From an uncultured Candidatus Actinomarina sp. (GTDB lineage: Bacteria; Actinomycetota; Acidimicrobiia; Actinomarinales; Actinomarinaceae), in the NCBI GenBank assembly GCA_902634185.1, contig CACPJC010000003.1:1-64000 (forward strand): DNA of 64,000 nucleotides, in the 5' to 3' direction. Numbering within the stretch: the stretch's first letter is position 1; each line of letters starts with the position of its first letter. Made by a program: the position numbers and the translations under genes. The notes beneath the pieces were generated by a model. It was not told the DNA's origin, did no database searches, and worked only from the letters and a program-made list of their open reading frames with translations. Positions 9,691 to 23,445 of the stretch are shown here, piece after piece.

Positions 9691-9750
9691 AGTAAATAAA
9701 TACTACACCTTTTAAAAGGTCTATCCAAGAAAAATACTATTATTCAAATT

Positions 9751-10227
9751 GTGAAACGATTTATTGCTTCAGGATTTGGAGTTGGCCTTTTTTGGGAGGC
9801 ATTTTTTAAAAATAAAAAAGGCGGAGGCACTTTTGCCTCTTTATTATTAATATTTGAAATCTACTTCGGTAATAGTCTGTTTGGGATTTGGAACACTCTT
9901 AACTTATTCATATTATTTATTGTTTTAATTATTTTATATTTTGTAACTGTCGATGATGATGATGCATCCTCAGATCCAAGCTGGATTACGCTAGATGAGA
10001 TTTGTGGAATGAGTCTTGTAACAATAGGTTCTGGGGCTGAATTGTTACCCTTATTGTCTGGTTTTCTAGTTTTTAGATTAAGTGATATTCTTAAGCAACC
10101 ATCTTTTGTAGGAGAATTAGAGCAGCTTCCAGGGAAATTAGGAGTTCTCTACGATGATCTTGGGGCTGGGTTTATGGGATTAATTTCAGCTATGATTGTA
10201 AATCAAATTATCCAAATAACTCTTTAA
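9751..10227 (+). CDS. pgpA: Phosphatidylglycerophosphatase A family protein
   Basis: SGFGVG, GTFASL, DPSWITLDEICG, FRLSDILK and GVLYDDLGAG are PgpA motifs. Confidence 0.85.
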   Translation: MKRFIASGFGVGLFWEAFFKNKKGGGTFASLLLIFEIYFGNSLFGIWNTLNLFILFIVLIILYFVTVDDDDASSDPSWITLDEICGMSLVTIGSGAELLPLLSGFLVFRLSDILKQPSFVGELEQLPGKLGVLYDDLGAGFMGLISAMIVNQIIQITL

Positions 10228-11653
10228 GTAAAATATCTTTTACAGTTCCAGGATTAACCTTATTCTCCGAGCTTTTCATTACTTGACCTACTAAAAAACC
10301 AACAAGTTTGTCTTCGGGGTCTTCTAATCTTTCAACAATATCTTCATTTTCTTTAATTACTGAAATCACAAGTGTTTTTATTTCCTCATCATCTGAAGAT
10401 TGGATAAGGTTGTTATCGGTTGCATAAGATTTAGGATCAATATCCTCACCTAACAATTTCGCAAGAATATCTTTTGCTGATGTAAAAGAAACCTCATTAG
10501 TTTCAAACAGATTTATTAAATTAGAAATTTTTTCTGAATCAACCCAATCAGGTAACTCATCAATTTCTGCTTTTCTCATTTGCCCCTGTAGTTCCCCTGT
10601 AAGGAAATTAAATGTTGATTTGCTATCTTTGGTATTTTTAACGGTAGACAAATAAAGATCGTATAACCACTTTTCACCTTTATCTAGATAGTTTGAATCT
10701 GATAAAGATAATCCGGATTCTTTTAAAGTTTTTCTTTTATTTGTAGGTAAGTTTTTAATATGCTTTTTTGAATTATTAATAAATTCTTCATCAATAATCA
10801 TATTTGGTAAATCTGGATCTGAAAAATATCTATAATCAGCACTTCCCTCTTTTGTTCGCATTGATATAGTGACCTGTTTATTTTCATCCCAATGCCTAGT
10901 TTCCTGAATTACAGAATCACCTTTTTCAATTTGTTTGGACTGTCTCATAATTTCATAATCTATTGCTTTTTCTAATGACTTCAATGAATTCATATTTTTA
11001 ATTTCTACCTTAGTTCCAAGTTCATCTGAATCTTCATTTGCTACAGATATATTTGCATCAAATCTTAAATTTCCTTTTTCTAATTTTCCTTTTGAAATTC
11101 CAAGATCGATGACTATTTGTCGTAATTCTTCAATATAAGCAACGGCCATTTTTGAAGTTGAGATAACTGGCTTAGTTACAACCTCTACTAATGGAATGCC
11201 TGATCTATTGAAATCTAAAAGTGTACTGGTTGCAGAATCAATTCTGCCTGAACCAATATGAACACTTTTTCCGGTATCTTCTTCCATATGTACTCTTTCA
11301 ATTTCAACTGAATGAAGTTTCTCATCTAAAACAATTTCTAAAGACCCATTAACGCCTACAGGAAAATCAAATTGAGAAATTTGATAATTTTTTGGCAAGT
11401 CAGGATAAAAATAATTTTTTCTGTGAAACATACCTTCATTAGTTATTTTGCAATTTGCACCTAAAGAAAGCATGACTATATATTCGATAGCTGTTTTATT
11501 TGGTACTGGTAAAGCACCTGGAAGACCTAAGCATGTTGGACAAACGCTAATATTAGGTTCATCAGTTTCAACTACTTCGCAGGAACAGAACATTTTTGAT
11601 TTTGTATCTAGTTCAACGTGAGTTTCCATTCCGATGGTTGCTTTAAGATTCAT
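10208..11653 (-). CDS. gatB: Asp/Glu-tRNA amidotransferase subunit B
   Basis: IGMETHVEL, RKNYFYPDLPKNYQISQ, HMEEDTGK and EIKNMNS. Confidence 0.97.
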   Translation of the reverse strand: MNLKATIGMETHVELDTKSKMFCSCEVVETDEPNISVCPTCLGLPGALPVPNKTAIEYIVMLSLGANCKITNEGMFHRKNYFYPDLPKNYQISQFDFPVGVNGSLEIVLDEKLHSVEIERVHMEEDTGKSVHIGSGRIDSATSTLLDFNRSGIPLVEVVTKPVISTSKMAVAYIEELRQIVIDLGISKGKLEKGNLRFDANISVANEDSDELGTKVEIKNMNSLKSLEKAIDYEIMRQSKQIEKGDSVIQETRHWDENKQVTISMRTKEGSADYRYFSDPDLPNMIIDEEFINNSKKHIKNLPTNKRKTLKESGLSLSDSNYLDKGEKWLYDLYLSTVKNTKDSKSTFNFLTGELQGQMRKAEIDELPDWVDSEKISNLINLFETNEVSFTSAKDILAKLLGEDIDPKSYATDNNLIQSSDDEEIKTLVISVIKENEDIVERLEDPEDKLVGFLVGQVMKSSENKVNPGTVKDILLKELFG

Positions 11654-13100
11654 TATTTTCCTTTAATAGATTTGGAGAAAAATTAAATTCAACCATATCC
11701 TCAATGGATTCTGCTAAATCAATAAGGGAATAATCTGAGCACGGCTTACCCATTATCTGTACTGATAAGGGTAAGTTATTTTCCGATAACCCGGTTGGTA
11801 TGCTTATAGCTGGTAGGCCTGCAAGATTGGCTGGAATTGTACATAAATCAGATAAATACATCTCAAGTGGATTCTTTGTTTTTTCACCAAAGCCAAATGC
11901 CGGTGTAGGTGTCGTTGGTGATAAAATAAAGTCAACTTTGTCGAATGCAGTTTTAAAATCTGAAATAATTTTTGATCTTACTTTTAAAGCTCTACCATAA
12001 TATTCATCAAAATATCCAGCGGATAAAGCATAGGTTCCCAATAAAATTCTTTTTTTAACTTCTTCACCAAATCCAACTGAGCGTGTTTTATTCATCATTT
12101 CATAACTTGTCGATGCCTCTTCTCTAATGCCATATCTCACTCCATCAAATCTTGATAAATTTGCAGAACATTCCGCAGGAGCAATAAGATAATAAACTGA
12201 CAACGCCATTTCAGTAAGAGGTAAAGAAATTTCAATCACATCATGCCCTTTATCTTTTAGTAGACTGACTACTTTGTTAACTTCATTTTGAGACTCGTGT
12301 GAGACTCCTTTTTGCATAAGTTCCTTTAAAATACCGACTTTTATTTTTTTATTTTCTAGTTTTGTATATTCAGGAGTTATCGATGTTGCGTCCTTACTGT
12401 CATATCCTTGAATTTCATTAAATATAATTCGTGTGTCATCCACTGTATTTGTAATTGGACCAATTTGATCTAGAGAAGATGCAAATGCTATCAAGCCATA
12501 TCTTGAAACTGTTCCATACGTTGGCTTGAACCCAACCACTCCACAAAATGAAGCAGGTTGTCTTATTGATCCTCCTGTATCACTTCCTAATGATGCTACA
12601 GCTGACCCTGCAGAGACTACTGCAGCCGAACCACCAGACGATCCGCCAGGTACAAAATCAGGATTCCAAGGGTTTTTTGTAGGACCATAGGCAGAATTTT
12701 CTGTTGAGGAGCCCATTGCAAATTCATCAAGATTCGTTTTCCCCGTAAAAATTGTTCCTGCTTTTTTTAGACTTGAAACAACCGTTGCATCATATGGTGA
12801 AACATAGTTTGAAAGTATTTTTGATGAACATGTTGTCTTATATCCATAAACATTTATATTGTCTTTTATTGCAATTGGAATTCCATCAAGAAGCCCCAAA
12901 CTATCATTTTTTGAATATCGCTTGTCTGACTCTTTAGATAGTTTAAGACCCTCATCATAAAATAATTCTAGATGTGCATGAAGAACAGATTCGGTATAAG
13001 TTGCAGTTTCATATACCTGCTCAAATAATTCAGATGGTTTCATTTCTTTATTATGAAACAATTCATTGATCTTGGAAATTGATGGTAAATTATCTGTCAT
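11643..13100 (-). CDS. gatA: Asp/Glu-tRNA amidotransferase subunit A
   Basis: Amidase signature PGGSSGGSAA...GSDTGGSIRQPA and SANLSRFDG. Confidence 0.97.
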   Translation of the reverse strand: MTDNLPSISKINELFHNKEMKPSELFEQVYETATYTESVLHAHLELFYDEGLKLSKESDKRYSKNDSLGLLDGIPIAIKDNINVYGYKTTCSSKILSNYVSPYDATVVSSLKKAGTIFTGKTNLDEFAMGSSTENSAYGPTKNPWNPDFVPGGSSGGSAAVVSAGSAVASLGSDTGGSIRQPASFCGVVGFKPTYGTVSRYGLIAFASSLDQIGPITNTVDDTRIIFNEIQGYDSKDATSITPEYTKLENKKIKVGILKELMQKGVSHESQNEVNKVVSLLKDKGHDVIEISLPLTEMALSVYYLIAPAECSANLSRFDGVRYGIREEASTSYEMMNKTRSVGFGEEVKKRILLGTYALSAGYFDEYYGRALKVRSKIISDFKTAFDKVDFILSPTTPTPAFGFGEKTKNPLEMYLSDLCTIPANLAGLPAISIPTGLSENNLPLSVQIMGKPCSDYSLIDLAESIEDMVEFNFSPNLLKENNES

Positions 13101-13106
13101 GTCTAT

Positions 13107-13391
13107 TTATTCTATGGATGGTGGTACAACAAAGTGACCATCTTTTGTTTCAGGAGAGTTCATCATTGCGTCCTCGTGTTTCAACGATTCTTTTGATTCA
13201 TCTTTTCTAAGCTCAAGGACCTTGCTTAAAGGATGAATATCAATTTTTTCATCTTTAATATCAACATTTTTTAATGCGTCAACATGTTCAAGAATGATTT
13301 GTAAATCCTTTTGAAGTTTGGTTTTTTCATCTTGACTAAGCTCTATAGAGGCTAGATTTGATACATCATCAATGTTAAATTTTTCACTCAT
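13107..13391 (-). CDS. gatC: Asp/Glu-tRNA amidotransferase subunit C
   Basis: 94 aa upstream of gatA, with LRKDE...NSP...GHFVVP. Confidence 0.9.
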   Translation of the reverse strand: MSEKFNIDDVSNLASIELSQDEKTKLQKDLQIILEHVDALKNVDIKDEKIDIHPLSKVLELRKDESKESLKHEDAMMNSPETKDGHFVVPPSIE

Positions 13392-14428
13392 GTAACACTC
13401 TCAAGAAACTTATTTAATATCTCATAAGATTCTAATATTTCATTTTTAATAACAAATTCATCTGAAGTATGAGCCAGTAATGGATCGCCTGGCCCGAAAT
13501 TTAATGCTGGAATGCCATGATTTGTAAACCTTGCCACGTCTGTCCATCCTTGTTTTGGAGTAACCTTTAAACCCGTAGAGTTTATAAATTCATTGATTAT
13601 ATCTAGATTTTTATTTGGTAACGCTCCAACGGATATATCTTTTACACTAACATTTCCAAACTTTTGTAACTCATCAGTAATATATTTTTCTGCATCCTCA
13701 GCGGAGAAAGAAGGGACAAACCTAAAATTTACATTAAGAGTGATGTCAGGTGGCGTTACATTATTTGCCACCCCACCATTTATTCTCGTTACAGTTATTA
13801 CCTGTTTATAAATTAAACCATCAATTTCATAATCTTTTATTTCATTCTTTAATAAAAATTCACTCAATTCTTTAAGTTTAAAAAATGGATTCTCTCCCAT
13901 CCAAGGTCTTGCAGAGTGGCTTGAAACACCAGGAATGACTAATGTTGCGTTAAGTGTTCCATTGCAACCTAGTTGACACTCTAAACTACTTGGCTCCATA
14001 ACAATTGCTAATTCAATAGAAAAATCTTCCTTCAATTTACTCATTAGATTGTTAAGTCCATTTTGTTCTGGAGCTCCTTCTTCGCCTGTATAAAAAACAC
14101 CAACTACATTGTCCCTCTCATCAAGTATGGTCTGAATCATGACTGCAACTCCAGCCTTCATATCAACGGCTCCCCGACCATAAATATTTTCTTCATCGGA
14201 ATAATTTTTTTGACTTTCATGTATAGGAACAGTATCTAGATGTCCAACTAATGCTATTTTGGGATTTGAATCAGGAGTATTAACAATCAAACCCCCTTCA
14301 TCTTTAAATATATTTCCTTTATATCCAGAATCCAGAAGAAAACTTTCAATAAAATTGATTAATTCCTGTTCATCACCAGTTACTGATTCAATATCTATTA
14401 ATCTTTGGGTCAATTCGTTTAGATTCAA
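13388..14428 (-). CDS. dapE: Succinyl-diaminopimelate desuccinylase
   Basis: M20 motifs GHLDTVP, GRGAVDMK, EE, HSARPW, GWTDVARF and GPGDPLLAH. Adjacent to dapD. Confidence 0.92.
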   Translation of the reverse strand: MNLNELTQRLIDIESVTGDEQELINFIESFLLDSGYKGNIFKDEGGLIVNTPDSNPKIALVGHLDTVPIHESQKNYSDEENIYGRGAVDMKAGVAVMIQTILDERDNVVGVFYTGEEGAPEQNGLNNLMSKLKEDFSIELAIVMEPSSLECQLGCNGTLNATLVIPGVSSHSARPWMGENPFFKLKELSEFLLKNEIKDYEIDGLIYKQVITVTRINGGVANNVTPPDITLNVNFRFVPSFSAEDAEKYITDELQKFGNVSVKDISVGALPNKNLDIINEFINSTGLKVTPKQGWTDVARFTNHGIPALNFGPGDPLLAHTSDEFVIKNEILESYEILNKFLESVT

Positions 14429-15237
14429 ACGTCAACTCCAAATGTTCTGAGTGCCTCATTTAATGAGGTTTTCTCGTTCGTTGATTCTTTTCTCTGTCCA
14501 ATAATTAGTGCACATTGAACTTCAAATTCACCACTTGGAAATTTCTTTGGTCTGGTACCAGGAATTACAACAGAGTTTTCAGGGACAATTCCTTTGTGCT
14601 CAATAGGGTTTTCACCAGAAACATCAATCACGGGAGTGGAAGAAGTTATCGTAACATTTGCGCCTATAACAGCTCCTTTACCAATTCTTACACCCTCAAC
14701 AATTATTGCCCTTGATCCAATAAAAGCACCATCCTCGATAATTACTGGCATTGCTGAAGGTGGTTCTAAGACTCCTCCAATTCCTACTCCTCCAGATAAA
14801 TGAACATTTTTTCCAATTTGAGCACATGATCCAACTGTTGCCCAAGTATCAACCATTGTTCCAGAACCAACATAAGCTCCAATATTTACGAAACCAGGCA
14901 TAACAACTACTCCAGGCTCACAAAAAGCTCCATACCTTACGACTCCAGGGGGTACTACTCTAATTTTTAAATCTTCATAATTTTTTTTTGGTTCTAATTT
15001 ATCAAAATAAGTAACATCGCCTGATGAAATGACTTTCAAATTTTCTATTGTGAAATAATATAGTATTGATTTTTTTACCCATTCATTGACCAGCCAGTCG
15101 CCGTCAAGTTGTTCTGCAACTCTTATCTTGCCATTATCTAATGCATCAATAGTCTGTCTGATTGAAGATATATCTTCGCTAGAGATGTTATCAGCATCAA
15201 TGTTTTCAATGTTTTCTTTTAATTTTTCAATATTCAT
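14425..15237 (-). CDS. dapD: Tetrahydrodipicolinate N-succinyltransferase
   Basis: VNEWVKK, RVVPP and TMVDTWATVGSCAQIGKNVHLSGGVGIGGVLEP. Confidence 0.96.
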   Translation of the reverse strand: MNIEKLKENIENIDADNISSEDISSIRQTIDALDNGKIRVAEQLDGDWLVNEWVKKSILYYFTIENLKVISSGDVTYFDKLEPKKNYEDLKIRVVPPGVVRYGAFCEPGVVVMPGFVNIGAYVGSGTMVDTWATVGSCAQIGKNVHLSGGVGIGGVLEPPSAMPVIIEDGAFIGSRAIIVEGVRIGKGAVIGANVTITSSTPVIDVSGENPIEHKGIVPENSVVIPGTRPKKFPSGEFEVQCALIIGQRKESTNEKTSLNEALRTFGVDV

Positions 15238-15275
15238 ATTGGTCTCTTTTTAGTTATTAGATAGTATTTTAATGT

Positions 15276-18808
<3,533 letters not shown>

Positions 18809-18812
<4 letters not shown>

Positions 18813-19954
18813 TTTATTTCCTTTACAGATTTTATGACTATCTCTGCAGCTTTGTTTCCATCACCAGCTTGCGTTGTCCATCCAAAACTAAACCTCAAAT
18901 GATTATTTATAAATTTAGAGTCTACATTCATAGCCTCTAGCACGTGAGATGGTTTTTGTGCACCACTTGCACAAGCAGAACCTCTTGAAACTCCAAGTCC
19001 ATTTAGATCTAATTGAATTAAAAGCACTTCAGAATTAATATCCTTAAACTGTATATTGCTTATATGCGGAAGTCTATTCATTGACTCTCCTATGATTTGT
19101 ACATTTAATGAATTCTTAAGTTTATCTTCAAAAATTAGCCTTTCATTGTTCATCAAACCAACTTCTTCATCAAATCTTGTCTGTTGTTCTTGCAGTGCTG
19201 TCGCAAATGCTGCTATACCAGGAACATCTACTGTCCCTGCCCTTCTCTCAAGTTCTTGTTTTCCACCATGTAAAAAGCTGGGTAATTTATATTTACTATT
19301 AATAAACATTGCACCAACACCTTTTGGGCCTCCAATTTTGTGAGCAGATATTGCTGCACTTTCAATGCCATTTTTATGAAAATCTACATTGTCTGAGATA
19401 ATGCCTTGAACAACATCTGAATGAAAAAGGGTTGATGAATTGGTAGATTTTAATTCTTTAGAAATATCTTTTATTGGTTGAATCACTCCTGTTTCATTGT
19501 TTCCCCACATTAACGATGCAACTATGGTCTCATCATCAATTTGATTTATAAATTCATCCTTAGTTACAAACCCATTCTCATCAGATTTAGCATATTTAGT
19601 TTGAAAACCATTTGAGGATACCCATTCTGCTGAAGCTAGAACTGCCTCATGTTCTATATTTGAAGTAACAAGATTACTATTTGTAATTTTTGAATCAAAT
19701 AATGACTTAATCGTCCAGTTGTCTGCTTCAGTTCCGCCACTTGTAAATATGATTTCACCAGGAGCAGAATTGAATAATTCAGAAATTACTTCTCGAGAAT
19801 CTTCTAATAAATTCTTTGAATTTCTAGAAAGTTTATGTCCCCCTGAAGAATTTGCAAAACCAAAGCTTTCTGCTTCTATATATTTGTCCATTGCCGATTT
19901 ACGCATCGGAGTTGATGCGGCATGATCTAAATATAAATAGTCTTGATTTTTCAT
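18809..19954 (-). CDS. iscS: Cysteine desulfurase (IscS/NifS family)
   Basis: YLDHAASTP, FTSGGTEAD, NNETG, SAHKIGGPKG and GSACAS. ATG at 19954, with an alternative TTG at 19960. Confidence 0.92.
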
Positions 19955-19996
19955 ACTCAATTATTTTAGTGAGGAACTATTATTGTAAAACACACT

Positions 19997-20437
19997 ATGA
20001 GTAAAACAATAAAAGTAGAAACTGTAATAAATGCTCCATTAGATGATGTATGGAACGAAGTTTCAAAGATTGAAAATCACTCAAATTGGATGAAAGATGC
20101 AGTAAATATTGATTTTCAAACCGAAAATAAATCTGGTGTTGGAACAAAAATTAAAGTACTAACAAAAATTGGACCAATTAAGTTAAACGACTTCATGACA
20201 TTCACTAAATGGGAAGAGAAAAAATCCATTGGCGTTGATCATATAGGGATAGTGACTGGGAAAGGTGAGATGCAATTCGAAAAAGTAGATGAAAATACAA
20301 CAAAGTTTAAATGGATAGAAACATTAAAATTTCCTTTTTATTTTGGTGGACCTATTGGAGAAATATTTGGAAAACCAGTTATAAAATTAATATGGAAAGA
20401 AAATCTAAAAAATTTAAAAAAGGAAATTGAAAAATGA
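19997..20437 (+). CDS. SRPBCC/START-like family protein
   Basis: 146 aa with the pattern INAPLDDVW...H.NWM...GVGTK typical of SRPBCC. Confidence 0.8.
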   Translation: MSKTIKVETVINAPLDDVWNEVSKIENHSNWMKDAVNIDFQTENKSGVGTKIKVLTKIGPIKLNDFMTFTKWEEKKSIGVDHIGIVTGKGEMQFEKVDENTTKFKWIETLKFPFYFGGPIGEIFGKPVIKLIWKENLKNLKKEIEK

Positions 20438-21075
20438 ATAAAACAATTTATTTAATTTTTTTTATTCTAGTTTTTATTGGGTGTGCAAACGAAGAGACAA
20501 TTGAAGAACAAGAATCCGATTTTGATCAAGAAACTACTGAAACAATTCCTATAAATAATGAGATAGCGTGGTCAAATGGATTAGGAGAACCTCCGGAAGA
20601 ATTCATATCTAATTGGAATAAATTAATTAACTCTATCTCAAACGATGAAGATACGATATTGTTTTTTTCGATTAATCCTAATAATGTAAGTTGGGCAAGT
20701 GAAGCTGAGCAAACACTTGTTTATCAATTTGGAAAAATTACATCGAAAGAAAATGTATTTGTTCTTAATTTAAATATTGATTACAACGCGGTTCAATCTT
20801 TAGAGTTTTTTGCTCCCGCTTCAAATGATGAAATTACTTCACAACAAACAAAATTGTTCTTTTTAATGATTCTAAGTATTTCAGATAGTGATTTAACTAA
20901 AGAAGAGCGAGAGTCTGTTCTAGCTGAGCTCGGGCTCTATGAAGATGTTTCTGTACCATCTGAATATGGTCAAACAACTACAAGAAATCAAATTGAATAT
21001 CAGATTGAGCCATTGATTGTTAATGGTCAATTGATCGGAATAAATTTTTACAGTAAGTTGTTGTCTGGACAATAA
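20434..21075 (+). CDS. Hypothetical lipoprotein
   Basis: Signal peptide with lipobox-like FIGC and an acidic linker. ATGA overlap with the upstream gene. Confidence 0.7.
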   Translation: MNKTIYLIFFILVFIGCANEETIEEQESDFDQETTETIPINNEIAWSNGLGEPPEEFISNWNKLINSISNDEDTILFFSINPNNVSWASEAEQTLVYQFGKITSKENVFVLNLNIDYNAVQSLEFFAPASNDEITSQQTKLFFLMILSISDSDLTKEERESVLAELGLYEDVSVPSEYGQTTTRNQIEYQIEPLIVNGQLIGINFYSKLLSGQ

Positions 21076-21080
21076 CTAGT

Positions 21081-21368
21081 TTAGGTAGCAATAACTTGCT
21101 CTACTCCAGGTACCTTATCAATAAGAATTCTCTCAATACCACTTTTTAGAGTAGCTATGGATAATGGGCATCCTTGACAAGCTCCCAACATTTCTATATT
21201 TACAACACCATCCTCAACTGACGATAATTTTATATCTCCACCATCTGCCTGAACTGCAGGGCGAATATATTCGATTGTGTCATTAAGGATATCCATATCA
21301 ATATCTACCTTTTCAGGTCTCTCTTTAAATGTTGGAAAATTTATACCTTTATCATCCATGTTTATCAT
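21081..21368 (-). CDS. NifU/NfuA C-terminal domain Fe-S carrier protein
   Basis: IRPAVQADGGDI...LGACQGCPLS..TLK.GIE (CxxC). Confidence 0.92.
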   Translation of the reverse strand: MINMDDKGINFPTFKERPEKVDIDMDILNDTIEYIRPAVQADGGDIKLSSVEDGVVNIEMLGACQGCPLSIATLKSGIERILIDKVPGVEQVIAT

Positions 21369-22620
21369 TATATTCTATAGTCGACCCTAATGAGGTTAAT
21401 GAAGCGACGATATCTTCGTATCCTCTGTTAATATGATCTATTCCGGTAATTGTTGACAGACCATCAGCTTGTAAAGCTGCAATGACTAAGCTAGCTCCTG
21501 TTCTAATATCTGTTGCATGTACAGGAGCGCCGGATAAAGTTTTCACGCCCTTTATCATTGCATGTTGCCATCCGGTCTGAATATTTGCTCCCATCCTTTG
21601 GACTTCTGGTATCCATTGAAAACGTTGATCATAAACATTCTCAGTCAATATTGATGTTCCTTCAGCTAACAATAAAGCTGAGCCAAATATTGGTTGAAGA
21701 TCCGTAGCTATACCAGGAAATGGTAAAGTTGAAAGTTCTATTGATTGAAGATTATCTCGATATTCAATATTAATAGAAGTTTCAGTGCTATCAATTATTG
21801 CACCCATTTCACCGAATTTTTTTAACTCCATAGGCAAATGCTCTGGGTTAATACCATTTACTTTCCCTGAACCCTTCGTTGACAATATTGCAGCTAAAAA
21901 AGTTCCTGCAGCAATTCTATCGCCAATAATTTCATGGTCTGTTGGGTTCAGTTTGTCTACACCTTCAACAATAATTTCGCTTGTACCAGCACCGCTTATA
22001 TTGGCACCCATCTTTAAAAGCATATTGACAATATCAACTATTTCAGGTTCTCTTGCAGCATTTTCAATGACTGTTCTCCCTTTAGCTAATACTGCTGCTA
22101 GTAAAGTATTCTCAGTAGCTCCAACTGAGGCATAAGGAAGGTTTATCTCAACACCATTAAGGCCATCTGTTTTACCAATTAAAACTCCATGATCAAGTTC
22201 AAAATTTGCACCCATTTTTTCTAATGCATCTAGATGCATTTGTACAGGTCTTGGTCCTAATTGATCTCCACCTGGAAATGCGATTCTCGCTTCACCACAA
22301 CGAGCTAACAAGGGGCCAAGAATGATTATTGAGGCCCTCATTTTTTGGACTATCTCATATGGAGCATCTACACCAATTGTTGAAGGTGAAACTATCTCTA
22401 AAGAATCATTTTTAAAATTACTATTTATACCTAAAACTTTTAAAACGTCCTGCATGTATTCAACGTCGTCAATCAAAGGTACGTTTTTAAGAAGATATTT
22501 TCCTTCTGCAAGTATGGGAAGGATCATTTCTTTTAATACGGCATTTTTAGCGCCTTTTACATTTATCTCACCACTTAATTTGTGGTTACCTTCAATCGAA
22601 ATATGTTTTTCCACTATCAT
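21352..22620 (-). CDS. murA: UDP-N-acetylglucosamine 1-carboxyvinyltransferase
   Basis: GAKNA, MRAS, PGGDQLGPRP, SVGATEN, AAREPE, FPGIATDLQ and DIRTGA. Likely ATG at 22620. Confidence 0.96.
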   Translation of the reverse strand: MIVEKHISIEGNHKLSGEINVKGAKNAVLKEMILPILAEGKYLLKNVPLIDDVEYMQDVLKVLGINSNFKNDSLEIVSPSTIGVDAPYEIVQKMRASIIILGPLLARCGEARIAFPGGDQLGPRPVQMHLDALEKMGANFELDHGVLIGKTDGLNGVEINLPYASVGATENTLLAAVLAKGRTVIENAAREPEIVDIVNMLLKMGANISGAGTSEIIVEGVDKLNPTDHEIIGDRIAAGTFLAAILSTKGSGKVNGINPEHLPMELKKFGEMGAIIDSTETSINIEYRDNLQSIELSTLPFPGIATDLQPIFGSALLLAEGTSILTENVYDQRFQWIPEVQRMGANIQTGWQHAMIKGVKTLSGAPVHATDIRTGASLVIAALQADGLSTITGIDHINRGYEDIVASLTSLGSTIEYNDKHG

Positions 22621-22657
22621 TGATACTACTTGAAGTTTAAAGTGTAACAATTTTTTT

Positions 22658-23323
22658 ATGACACATGATATAAATATTCATCATGAAGACAACCATGAGA
22701 GTGCGTCCAGTTATCTTGTAGAAGAGATAAGAAACTTATTAGTTAATTCAAATAGAGATTTTTCAATTGGACTTTCTGGTGGAAACACTCCTAAATTAAC
22801 TTATTCAATGATGGCAGAAAAGTTTGATGACCTCTCAAAAACCTATCTTTGGACAATCGATGACAGATGGATTGAAGAAGATAACGACCTTTCAAACCAG
22901 AGAATGATTAATGAATATTTTGAAAGAACTGACGCAAATATTTTAAAATTTGAATTTACAAGCTCCTCTCCTGAAAGTGATGCGAAAAAATATGAAGATA
23001 AATTAAAAAGCACAATCCAGATATTCGATGTAGCAATTCTTGGTATGGGTGAAGATGGACACATAGCGTCCCTATTTCCCGGTACGAAATCCCTTGAAAA
23101 TAATGATTCACTTTATGTTGCAAATGAAGTAAATATAAAAACAAAGTGGAGAGTTACATCAACTTTTCACTTACTTGGAAAAATTGAAAAGATATATGTT
23201 CTAGCAACTGGAGAAAGTAAGAAAAATATACTTAAAAGTGTAAACGATGACAATGACTTACCTATTAATCTTTTAAAGAATTATTCAAAAAATATTGAAA
23301 TAATTACTGACCAGATAATCTAA
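22658..23323 (+). CDS. pgl: 6-phosphogluconolactonase
   Basis: LSGGNTP, DDRW...SN, LGMGEDGHIASLFP and GESK. Confidence 0.92.
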   Translation: MTHDINIHHEDNHESASSYLVEEIRNLLVNSNRDFSIGLSGGNTPKLTYSMMAEKFDDLSKTYLWTIDDRWIEEDNDLSNQRMINEYFERTDANILKFEFTSSSPESDAKKYEDKLKSTIQIFDVAILGMGEDGHIASLFPGTKSLENNDSLYVANEVNIKTKWRVTSTFHLLGKIEKIYVLATGESKKNILKSVNDDNDLPINLLKNYSKNIEIITDQII

Positions 23324-23347
23324 TTATTCTTTCATCTAGACTTAAAT

Positions 23348-23413
23348 TGGAGCCGCCTTTTGTGTAAGTCTGAACCACTGACACTAATCAACTACCCTGT
23401 TGGGGTGGCTCCA
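23348..23413. other. GC-rich structured intergenic element (possible small RNA, leader or terminator)
   Basis: Outer inverted repeat TGGAGCCGCC / GGTGGCTCCA encloses two potential inner hairpins. No family recognised. Confidence 0.45.
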
Positions 23414-23445
23414 TAACAACAAATCTATGTTAGTCTCGTTATCTT

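Noticed and set aside
23348-23413. Assignment as 6S RNA, SRP RNA, tRNA remnant or a known riboswitch
   Set aside because: It is too short for 6S, lacks the SRP GGAA/GCAGC motif, has no cloverleaf, and matches no riboswitch consensus I recognise. Left unassigned.
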